The position numbers and the translations under genes were made by a program. Below the pieces are notes generated by a model, which worked only from the letters and a program-made list of their open reading frames with translations, did not search any database and was not told the DNA's origin. DNA of 62,758 bases, counting the filler, from Stramenopiles sp. TOSAG23-2 (lineage: Eukaryota), in NCBI GenBank assembly GCA_900128395.1. It is 15 parts of 15 records of this genome, joined end to end, with 100 filler letters (N's around TTAATTAATTAA, not from the genome) between each part and the next. Parts side by side here need not be neighbours in the genome. Positions count along the whole stretch, not along the records: positions 41,763 to 46,290 come from LT650873.1; positions 46,391 to 50,917 come from LT650874.1; positions 51,018 to 55,538 come from LT650875.1; positions 55,639 to 60,150 come from LT650876.1; 11 more parts are not named here. One strand, given 5' to 3'. Below are positions 45,287-56,099 of this stretch, piece by piece. The stretch's first letter is position 1. Each line of letters begins with the position of its first letter.

Positions 45287-46195
45287 ATGGTACGATTTAA
45301 GTCAACACTTAAGACCAACAATCTTGTTTGGAAACATTACAGTGGAACTTATAGTAACCGAGCTGTAGATTTAATCCAAAAAATTACAAAAGGACTGAAA
45401 ACATTAGATAAACTTGGAAGCGAAACTATTGATGATTTAGCACCAGTTGATGAATTTCATATTGGTGGAAGGCAAGCAACGACACATTTTATGAGCCAAC
45501 TAAAATTCAACAAAAATGACTATGTGTTGGATGTAGGTTGTGGGTTAGGTGGTGCATCAAGGTTTGTAGCACAAAAGTACGGTTGTAAAGTATTAGGAGT
45601 AGATTTAACTCAAGAATTTGTAGACATTGGAAATCATTTAAATTGTCAGCTGGGATTAGACAACAAAGTATCTCTTGAACATGGTAGCGTATTGGAATTG
45701 CAGGATACGTATGGCTCAGAGCCATCGTATGACCATGCGTTTATGTTACATGTTGGTATGAATATTAAAAATAAAGACTTGCTTATAAGTGAAGTTGGTA
45801 GTAAGTTGCAAGACGGTGGGAAATTTGCTATTTATGACGTCATGAGGATTGGCTCCAATAGTAATGAGGATTTGGATTTTCCTGTTCCATGGGCCACGGA
45901 TAGTAATACGAATGCATGTGACTCCATTGATGTATATATGAATGCGCTGGAAAAAGCTGGGTTTGAAGTTATTGTTAATAATAATCGTTATGATTTTGCA
46001 ATCGAATTTTTCGACCATATGCATCAAATTCAAAAAAAGCAAGCTGCGAAAAACAATGGTAAGCCTCCTCCACTTGGTTTGCATTTAATACAAACAAACC
46101 ATCATCAAAAAATGAAAAATATGATTGTAAATTTAAAAAAGAAAAGAATTGCGCCAGTGGAATTAATAGCTATGAAGAAATGCAAGAGAGAGTGA
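45287..46195 (+). CDS. Class I SAM-dependent methyltransferase, bacterial-type DLAPVDEFHIGG family
   Basis: DDLAPVDEFHIGGRQAT, VLDVGCGLGGASR (motif I), VLGVDLT, MLHVGMNIKNK, FPVPWA, PPPLGLHL. Confidence 0.88.
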   Translation: MVRFKSTLKTNNLVWKHYSGTYSNRAVDLIQKITKGLKTLDKLGSETIDDLAPVDEFHIGGRQATTHFMSQLKFNKNDYVLDVGCGLGGASRFVAQKYGCKVLGVDLTQEFVDIGNHLNCQLGLDNKVSLEHGSVLELQDTYGSEPSYDHAFMLHVGMNIKNKDLLISEVGSKLQDGGKFAIYDVMRIGSNSNEDLDFPVPWATDSNTNACDSIDVYMNALEKAGFEVIVNNNRYDFAIEFFDHMHQIQKKQAAKNNGKPPPLGLHLIQTNHHQKMKNMIVNLKKKRIAPVELIAMKKCKRE

Positions 46196-46247
46196 ATTTA
46201 AAAAAATACGAATAAGTTAAATGTGCATCAATTAAATACTATATACG

Positions 46248-46283
<36 letters not shown>

Positions 46284-46730
46284 TAGCTGTNNNNNNNNNN
46301 NNNNNNNNNNNNNNNNNNNNNNNNNNNNNNNNNNTTAATTAATTAANNNNNNNNNNNNNNNNNNNNNNNNNNNNNNNNNNNNNNNNNNNNCTGTGTCTAT
46401 GTATTTGAGGCAAGCAAATGTATCTGATGGCCAATGCTGTGTTTTTAAATTTGTTGCCCTAAATAAAAAAACCTAAAACCATAAATATCTAAAATATAGG
46501 CATACAACAAAATTAGAATACTGTGGAATACTCACAAGTACGGACTTCTCCTTCCTACCTACGAGGTATGTCCATATATATAGATTTAATAAAAAGATAT
46601 TTATCTTTAAAGATATATATCTATATAATATTAATTTCATTAATTTTGTGTCATATTACAAATAGATACGTAAAATACAACGATATAATTATCAATACAA
46701 ACAATCAAACAAAAAAAAGAAAAAGAAAAA

Positions 46731-47756
46731 ATGTCTATTCCAATGAAAAAATTAGGTACGCAAGGACTAGAAGTGGCTGGTCTTGGATATGGAGCAATGG
46801 GTTTGACTGCATTTTATGGTGAACCGGTGTCTGACGAACATGGTATTGCAATCATGAAACGTGCTGTGGAGTTAGGAGTTACAATGCTTGATACTGCTGA
46901 AGTTTATCGCAGTGCATTCGATGGGACTGGGAAATTAAATGAAGAATTAGTTGGTAAAGCAATTGAAGCCATTGGCCGCGATAAGATTGTAATAGCTACA
47001 AAACACAGACCAGGTGGTTTATTAGGGCAAAAATGCGAGACAAAGGAAGAACTTCGAACGGTAATAAAATCTGCATGCGAAAATAGTTTAAAAGCACTTG
47101 GTGTAAGTTGCATTGATTTGTATTATTTACATAGGATGTATCCAGCTCCACATACAATTGAAGATGTTATGGAAGTTTTTAAAGAATTAGTTGAAGAAAA
47201 AAAGATCAAATACGTTGGTTTAAGTGAAGCTTCCTCTGATTTCATTCGTAGAGCACATGCTATAACACCAATCAGCGCACTTCAACAAGAATGGAGCTTA
47301 ATTGCTCGTGATTTGGAAGAAAGTGGTGGCCCTGTTGAAACATGCAGAGAATTGGGTATTGGTATTGTCCCTTATTCTCCGATCGCTAGAGGTTTTTTGG
47401 CTGGTGCGCATCAAGATGAAAAGCCAAACGATTGGCGTGGAACAATTCCTTATATGCAGGATGACGTTCGTGCAAGCAATGTTGAAGTTGTGAAAGAAAT
47501 TGAAGCGATGGCAAAAGAAAAAGATTTGACTCTTGCACAGTTAAGTTTAGCATGGGTGTATAACCAAGGGGACGATGTTTGTCCAATCCCTGGTACGACA
47601 AAGTTATCTCATTTAGAGGGAAATATAAAAGCTGCATCAGTGAAATTAACACCAGACGAATTAAAAAAAATTGGCGACGCCGCGTCGAAAATTAAAGGTG
47701 AAAGAGGTGATGAAGGTTACATGAAAAGAAGTTATCATACATTTAAGAAAAAATAA
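46731..47756 (+). CDS. Aldo-keto reductase (AKR13/IN2-2/perakine-reductase-like)
   Basis: LGTQGLEVAGLGYGAMGL, LDTAEVY, IATK, IDLYYLHR, KYVGLSEAS, LQQEWSL, YSPIARGFL, PIPGTTKLSHLEGN. Confidence 0.94.
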   Translation: MSIPMKKLGTQGLEVAGLGYGAMGLTAFYGEPVSDEHGIAIMKRAVELGVTMLDTAEVYRSAFDGTGKLNEELVGKAIEAIGRDKIVIATKHRPGGLLGQKCETKEELRTVIKSACENSLKALGVSCIDLYYLHRMYPAPHTIEDVMEVFKELVEEKKIKYVGLSEASSDFIRRAHAITPISALQQEWSLIARDLEESGGPVETCRELGIGIVPYSPIARGFLAGAHQDEKPNDWRGTIPYMQDDVRASNVEVVKEIEAMAKEKDLTLAQLSLAWVYNQGDDVCPIPGTTKLSHLEGNIKAASVKLTPDELKKIGDAASKIKGERGDEGYMKRSYHTFKKK

Positions 47757-47994
47757 AGAGAAAAGAAGAAAAGAGTCTCATAAAAAATATTTATAAAAAG
47801 AGGATATATCACAGAAGGATTATAAAATAAAAATGTGTGTACGCTTCGTTACATCATATTTTTATAAAATTATTATTACGGTTTTCGTATAATTATATTT
47901 TATACTTCGTATATTACATCATACACACACGCACATACATAGAGAGTCACGATTATGTACGACTCGTATATTACATTCACTCCTCCTTTTTTTT

Positions 47995-50917
47995 TTACTT
48001 CTTATTTTTCCTCTTCTTTCTTCCTTTTCCTTTCTTTTTCTTTGCAACGACAACTTGTTTTTTCTGGCCTGCTCCAGTACCTGCTCCTGATTGTTTCAAA
48101 TATTCATCAGGATTTAAAACAGCATCACTAGAAACATTTCTATTACTAATAGAATTAGTAACATTGTTTATAATTTGTTGTTGCTGTTCGGCTTCAAATC
48201 GTTGTTGTAAATCACGCATTCTATCATTATTAAAATCTATATTCTGTGGAAATTCTATTGCATCAGTATTGTTTCCCTCGCCATCTGAACTATTATTATT
48301 GTTATTATTAATATTATTACTGCTTCGGTCTACAAACTCTTTTAAACCTTCTGTTTCTTTTGGTAGTGGTAATGTACCAATATCAAGAAAGCCATCTTGA
48401 TCCACCGCATTGTTGTTGTTATTAATATTATTACCACCACCATCTAATAAATCTTCAACGCTACTACTATTTTCCAATAAACGCTTTGCAATATTCGATG
48501 CTTGTGGTGAACGTTCTAAATTATCATTACGATTTTGTCGAGTCAATGATTTTCCACTTGCTTGTAGCACATTATCGCTATCAGAATTATCATTATAACT
48601 CTCTTCATCGTTCATCGAATCTGTCTCTCCATCCATATTGTTGGTGGAATAATTTTCATATAAAACGTCACCACCACTTTCACTGATACTTTCATCCGTA
48701 TCAAATGTATTTGAAATCATAGTTTCTCGCAAAGCATCGTTGTTACGGGTATGCCGAACTGTTACAGGATTTTCACCTGCTAATCGGTGCCTTCTTTCCT
48801 CATGCAAGCGTCTTAAATCCTCTTCTTTATTTTCTAGTAGTTTGCTGAAAGTGTCATCATTGAAATTTCCACTAATTTCCAATTCTTTAAGATCTTTTGC
48901 ATATGAAGATTCCAACTTACGTACTATATTATGAAACACTAGCTCATCATATAAAATATCACTGATATCTTGTATCAATTCATCTTTATGGGTTGGTGCA
49001 TTTAAGCCTTCATATTTTGTAAAACATTTTTCTATACTTTTTTTCAACTGTGGATCAAGCAATGGCCCAGTTCTACTTAAAGTTCCAGGGCCATTCCACG
49101 CCATTTTCCCACTTCTATACATATTATCAGGTTGATTACGTACTACGCGCAATATGTTTCTACATACGCGCATCAGAGTAGCGCGAGTCATCAAACCAGT
49201 CCCTAATCCATCCAATAGTTCTGGTAAACGCGATTGCAATGATTGTAAGACTAACTCATGCTTTGACAACTTGCTTCCATCGTGATTCATAGGTACGTGA
49301 GGTTTTACGCCTGGTACAATTGTAGTATTGGAGTTACTTTGATTGTTATCATCCCAGCCTCTCACACTACCGTCGCTTGAAGCCATTTGATCTTCGTCAT
49401 CTGAGCCCATACCAACACTAGATGCCTCGCGAGATATCAAGGTTTTATTATTGTTTTCCCCACCATTGTCAGATGCAAAGCTCCATGACGCATCACTGTT
49501 CCTTGATTCAGAACCCCAGCGCTTCCAATTTTCATCCACTTCGCCACGATGATGATGCAAGACACCATTACTACGAAATTTGTTATCATCTTCGTCCTCT
49601 CCATCATCTCCACTAGTTTCCTCCTCATCATTATCGTCGTCTTCATCATCTAATTGATCACTGCCCCCGGCACTTGAACTTAAATTATAACTGTTCATTC
49701 TTATCGGATTTGTTTTTCCATCAAAATCATCCTCCACATCAGTGGCGATAGAAGATGCCAATGATGCTCTTACATTTTCTACATAATCAAACGGCATATT
49801 TTTGTGCTTGCGCCCACCAGGTGTCGTAACCGTTTGTGCTGCTGCTAAATCAATTTTGAAATCACCACCATTGATATTTCCTTCATCAAAATCAGTACCA
49901 ACGGATGATGCCATTGATGCTCGTACATTTTCAACATAGTCAAAGGGCATGTTTTTTGGAAAATTTGCACTTTTTGTAGATTTTCGGTTGTTAATGCCAC
50001 CTCCAACGCCTTTGAACCGCTTGCTGGGTGGAGTCATACGAGTCGGCGTTTTTGCATTTCGTACCGTACCAGCCATTGCTTTATTTTTACTTGGAGATGT
50101 TACTGGCACTTCAATCAAGCGTCTCGCAAGCAGCTCGTTCTCTTTCTCTATTCTATTACCTTGCTCCCGTTGTGGTGATCGTCTCCTATCTAGAGGCGAT
50201 ACGCGTGTCAGCATGGTGGTATTTGAATCACCGTTCCTGTCATGCATTATAGGCGCATTTAAAACTCTGTCCATCATGTTGCTGCTCATCTCGTTGTTAT
50301 TATCTACTTCGTCATAATCCCCTTGATTTGTGAATTGTCCATCCATTGTGACATTTTCAGCAAAAAATCTTAAACATTTCATTCTAAATGCATCATCATG
50401 CAATGGGGCTCGATTTAGTTCACGCAACAATAGTAAAGTGAAATCCTTATGTCCCTGGCTTCGACCGACAATGCTATTTAAATGCCCTTGCATATTTTCA
50501 GTGTTTGGGTCATCCGCACGAACGTCGTCATTCATCATTTGTCTAGAGTCAAACATTTTCATTATCAATATCGATGATAACATCTTCAGCCTAGAGTAAG
50601 CTGAATTATTTTCATCCTCTTCTTCAACATCAAATGGCGCTTCTTCTTCAAATAGTTCTTGCAAAGCTATCACACGTTCTTCATTAGAGTCCAAAGACCA
50701 TAGATAATCCAACGCATTCTCGGCTATTCTACTCATGTCTAACATTAATCTATTTCTACTATTACTAGGAGGTGGTGTGACATTTAGATTTTCGATGCTA
50801 TTATTTTCAAACGATTCCACTTCCACTTGATAAGCAGGTCTAGTGTTATCTTTTCCAGAAATATTCTTGTTCATTTGCTCACGTTTTTTTGATGGAGAGA
50901 CATAATCCATAAAAGGA
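47995..50917 (-). CDS. Large low-complexity protein with PCM1 C-terminal-domain-like blocks (possibly 5'-partial)
   Basis: LLLLRELNRAPLHDDAFRMKCLRFF, LPELLDGLGTGLMTRATLMRVCRNILRVVR and QLKKSIEKCFTKYEG...DELIQDISDILYDELVFHNIVRKLE resemble the conserved helices of PCM1_C, in the same order. Confidence 0.7.
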
Positions 50918-51038
50918 NNNNNNNNNNNNNNNNNNNNNNNNNNNNNNNNNNNNNNNNNNNNTTAATTAATTAANNNNNNNNNNNNNNNNNNNNNNNNNNN
51001 NNNNNNNNNNNNNNNNNTAATAAACAAACAAAACTTTT

Positions 51039-52180
51039 TTATTTCTTTTTCGTACTCCCATCGACGATATCCATTTCATCAACCCAACTACTTGAACCAT
51101 CTTCTGCAATACTATTCTCCATTAATGTTTCCACTACAGATGTTGATGAATCGCCTAATTTTAATAATGTTTGTTTTGCTGCTGTATCACCTGCATCCAA
51201 CTCCTCTTCGTGTTTAATAAGTAAATTTTCACCACGAAATTTCTTCTTACTTTTACTGCGTTTTCGTGGACTGTAAGATCGATATTTTTTATTTCGACGA
51301 CGACGTAATTTGGGTGACTTGCTTCTTCCTCGTCTTCTACTTTTTCCTTTTCTAGATGGTGACAATGAAGCTTTGCCTTTCCTTCCTTTCTTCTTTCTTT
51401 TCCTCTTCTTCTTCTTCTTTCTTTTCTTCTTTTTCTTTTTTAATTCATCATCGGATGATTCCTCATCATCATCATCTATTTTTGGATCGACATAGCCTAA
51501 TAAAAAAGTTTTTAAAGCAAGTGCGAGTCTTTCCTCATAAGATTCTCCTAATCTTTCCAATTTTTTTAATCGCTCCTCCAATTTCTTTTTCTTTTGCTTT
51601 TTTGTTAATGGCTTCAATATAAGAATTTCACCGTTTAATCTTTTCTTCTTTTTCTTTTTTAATTCATCATCGGATGATTCCTCATCATCATCATCTCTTT
51701 ATCCAATTCATCTTCAATATTAGTATCTTGATCCTTTCTTTCCGCTTCCATTTTGTTTTGCGCTTCGAATTTTACTTCTTGCTCTTTAAAATATTGTATA
51801 ATTTCCTTTAAGCATGCCGGTGTAGCTAGATGTATTGGCAGCTGCTCATTGATATCTCTACTGTACAAAGAATTTAATGGTTCATTTAATAATACCTTGG
51901 TAATTTCAACATGATTAAAAAGACATGCTATATGCAATGATGTCCTTAAATTTGCATCTTTTGCATTTGGATCTGATCTGAAATCCATTTCATCGCCATG
52001 TTTATATTCTGCATCGTCACCATCGTCAAAAAAAACGTTGTCTGATTCTAAATATTCATCCAAATATTTTTTATGTCTACGTAAAAACCATTTCAAAGTT
52101 TCATAGTCACCAACATATGCCGCTGTTCTAATTGTGTAGGAGGGTACATCCGATATTGGATTTGGGTCATCTTCCATCAT
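51039..52180 (-). CDS. Ankyrin-repeat protein with an acidic/basic low-complexity tail, frameshifted near 51697
   Basis: IRTAAYVGDYETLKWFL, DPNAKDANLRTSLHIACLFNHVEITKVLL, EQLPIHLA. After EDELDK the other frame reads DDDDEESSDDELKKKKKKRLNGEILILKPL into ORF 51039-51617. Confidence 0.7.
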
Positions 52181-52749
52181 GATATATATTGGGTCTACTT
52201 TAATAAATGTTTCGATTGATATGTGTTATATATATATATATATTGCTTTTGTAATATTTATTGTTAAATGTGAGAATGTGCGAATGCTTGAATATTTAAA
52301 CATACATATAAGCACACATAACGTATATACTCACATATTATAAATAAAATACTGAATTAGCTCTACCTGATTTTTGTCATATCCCGACGGCAATATATAT
52401 TATACCTTAATTATTAATGTAGTGTGGCGCCCAGCGCCCAGCCAGCCTCGGGCCAGCACTCGGTATACTAATACGTACAGTATATCATTACTGGCATACA
52501 CCACACAGCACACAGCATATAGGCACCACCTTACTTACTAGCTACTGTAAAAAAAAGATATGGTTATGGTAAATAATAATACAATCATCATATTACTGTA
52601 TAATATTAATACATCACAGTATCAATCATAGAATATAGAAATATAGATGGGTTGGACGCTAACATATGCACATATCACAAATATTAACAAACAATTCAAC
52701 AGCTAAAATAGCGACACATATGTGAAATAGCTCAACTAATATATAATAA

Positions 52750-54620
52750 ATGGATCAAGTTAAAATTACGAACCGCTTTACGGAATTTGTATGGAGTCCT
52801 GATTTTCCACCAAAAGAAATTGAAGATGATGATAATAAAATCGAAGAGTGGTATAAAAAAGTATTTTTGAAAGTTAAAATTAAAAAACCTGACAATACAT
52901 TAACAGAACGTGAAAAGTATATCTATACATTAAATGTGAATGGATACGTGAAAGAACGGCGTGATGGAAAAATTACATGTGAAGAGTATGCTTCTGCATT
53001 AGTAAAACGTGCACTATATTACAGGTATATGAATCAATGGACATACCGAAGTTATAATTTATTTGATAAAGTGATTAAGAAAGCTAAAGAAATGGATGAA
53101 AAGGCAGCAAAAAATGGCATTGAAAGTATTGGTCCATTATATGGTTTGTTAGTGCCTATGAAAGGAACTGCTGCTGTTGTCGATTATCCTTCTGGATCTG
53201 GCGTTGGGATATTGTCGGGCTATACGCCAGTCAGAGATAGTGATATGACAACATTAATCAAAAAGAAAAATGGAATCATTTTTGGCACTACGAACGTTCC
53301 TGAATTTGCGTATGGTTATAGAACGGCTAATCCAGCTTCTGGACAATGCCGAAACCCATATAATCATCGTTACACTGTTGGTGGTAGTTCGGGAGGTGCT
53401 GCATCTGCAGTTGCATCCTATCACTGTGCCATAGCAATATCAGAAGATACAGGTGGTTCAACCAGAGTTCCAGCAACTTGTAGCCAAAATTATGGATTTG
53501 ACCCTTCCAGAAATCATTATCCGAACGCCGGCAATCCTGGATTATCATACCTATGTGATCAAATTGGACTTAATGCTAGAACGTACGTAAAATTTTATTC
53601 CCCTAAACCTAAAAAGGATATCCTTTCGTCTAACACATCACTCATTCATACGCTACGCTCCACAGCATTGATGATATTATACTTTTTGATCATGCTGTAA
53701 TAAATGACAAAGCAGCTGCTATGCATGCAATTGAAGAAAAAAACGTTGCCTCTCGGTCTGCCTCGTCAATAAGAATTGGATCTCCAATATATCCATTTGT
53801 GGTTCGTCATCATACTGACATTAATCAAGATGTTCGCGAAAAATTAGAACTTGCAAAGAGAACATTACATTTGGGTGGATTTACAATGTTGCAAAATGCT
53901 GAATGGCCAATGGGTAAAAAAGATGACATTTTCTCTGAAGCATTAGATGAATCTGGACCTTTGCTAGGTACAATGACACGAACTGCCTTGTCACAAATGG
54001 CTCAATTTGTTCATGAATATTTGGATGCCCCAGTTTCCACGAAAGAGATCATTGAGCACATTGGAAAAGCTGGAGCTAATCATAATCCAGCTGGAGGTTT
54101 TAAAAATGCAGCCAAAAATGGTTTTGATGAAACAAAATTGAGACAGTTGATGGGACCGCACATTCCTAAATTAGTCGAGACGTATAATTCCTATTTTGAT
54201 CTTCATAATGTAGATTTAATATTGATTCCATCTGCACGTGCAGCAACACCAGATCTAGACTTATTATCGAATGGTAAAGTTGTGTTGACCTCAACTGGTG
54301 GTGGCAGTGCCAAAGGTGGTGATAGTTCTGTCTTTGGTGGTATCAATTTTGTGGTGAAACATTTACATATTCCGAAAATGTGTATACCAACTGGATTAAC
54401 GGAAGATGGGAGACCGACAGCTGTCCAGCTATGGGGTCGTGCAATGGAATATGATCAAATGTATGACGATAATTTATCACAAATGAACGATGTAAAATTT
54501 TTACATCTTGTAAACAGAGTTAGTCAAGTTCTTGCTGCAAATCCAAAATTAAGAAGGAAAAATGCCAGTCATTTTTTTAACCACCTTGTGAATTATAATA
54601 ATGGTGATAGTAATTTGTAG
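52750..54620 (+). CDS. Amidase-signature family enzyme; exons 52750-53582 and 53666-54620, intron 53583-53665
   Basis: GPLYGLLVPMK (Lys), TNVPEFA, RNPYN...GGSSGGAASAVA, EDTGGSTRVPA (Ser-cisSer-Lys triad). AC|GTACGT...CACAG|C splices to ARTIDDIILFD; C-terminal IPTGL..GRPTAVQLWG. Confidence 0.92.
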
Positions 54621-54725
54621 GCGGGGAAATTGGATCCCAATAAATCAGTTTTATTAAAAACAATACACGTTATATCATATAATAAGAACGTATAATTATA
54701 ATTTAATTCGTATAAAATATCATTT

Positions 54726-54807
54726 GCATAACTTATTTTTTAATTTACTCTCATGATAATTCCTACTCTCCAGAAAGAATACAATAACTGAGACAAATCT
54801 ATCTCAC
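54726..54807 (+). repeat. Solo copy of the MITE-like terminal repeat seen at 27880 and 28215
   Basis: GCATAACTTATTTTTTAATTTACTCTCATGATAATTCCTACTCTCCAGAAAGAATACAATAACTGAGACAAATCTATCTCAC aligns with 27880-27958. Confidence 0.85.
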
Positions 54808-54990
54808 TAAACTGAAAGATGGACAATGAATCGTAACATTGCGATAGAGTTCATTGAAATCCACAGAGTGTGCCAATATTTTTAAAGATATAAAAACATT
54901 TTTGGTGGCATATGATATATCATACGAAACGTATATTTAAAAAAATAATTCTCTTTATTTATAATATTATATATTGTTTTATACAGAGAG

Positions 54991-55538
54991 TTATTCATCA
55001 TAGTCCTCGAAACCTAATACTTCATTAGAAAATGTTAATGGACCAATTGAACCACCTATATCTTCAATTCCATCACCTAACAGACTTTGTAAACAACTAT
55101 CTAATTCATCTTTGGACATTTGCTCACCTTCATCTTGCAATAAATTTTGCAATGCATTCCAACTAACTGCAGGTCCATCGCCATCCATACCACCACGTCT
55201 ACCTAATTTATCAGCTAAAACTTCAAACGCTTCTTGTATTTGCTGTTTGCCAACACCATATACTGGTCTATGATTTACATATAATTTTAAGAAATCATCA
55301 AAACCGATTTCTTCCTGCGTAGTTCCGTCTTCTAAGAAACGTGCATATTTAACCTCACCAACCATATTTTCAATTTCTTTTTCAGATGGATAATAACCTA
55401 GTGCGCGCATTAAATTAGGTATTTCATCCAATGGTACACCATTCTCCGTCGTCCTTCGCTCCGTTGCCTGTTCACCTTGTGCTCTAATTTGCGCATAATA
55501 GAAAAAATCTATCATATCTTGATAAAATTCACCATTAC
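54991..55538 (-). CDS. CFAP251: CFAP251/WDR66 C-terminal EF-hand region (radial spoke/CSC protein), 5'-partial
   Basis: FFYYAQIRAQGE, PLDEIPNLMRALGYYPSEKEIENMVGEVKY, FLKLYVNHRPVYG, LQDEGEQMS, EVLGF. Confidence 0.88.
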
Positions 55539-56099
55539 NNNNNNNNNNNNNNNNNNNNNNNNNNNNNNNNNNNNNNNNNNNNTTAATTAATTAANNNNNN
55601 NNNNNNNNNNNNNNNNNNNNNNNNNNNNNNNNNNNNNNTATGCTCTTTTTCTCTTCCTCTCTGGACAGCCCCAATGCACTCTAATGCAGGGGAAAGATGA
55701 TTATTATTTTTATTTTTTTAAAAATTTTTTTGGATTTTTTTTTTGATGATGATGATACTTGGTATATTTTGTTCTGTAAAAATAGTATACAATAATAATA
55801 TAGATAATACTATATTTACCTATATAATAATATATATTAAATGTGCAATAAATGGGGATAAATAAAGAATTTTTATTAAATTAAATTAATTAATAAAAAA
55901 AAGCAATTTTATATTTTTAATTACAACTACTATAGCACTATACTCCAAAAAAACAAAAACGAAACCAAAAAAACGAAATGCAACAAATGCTTCTTCTTCT
56001 CCATTATAAATATAAATTGAATTAAAAAAAGTTTTAAAAAGTATTCATAGCATGCTGTATTTCATTTTTTTTTAATAATACAAAAACTGTGTAACAATA

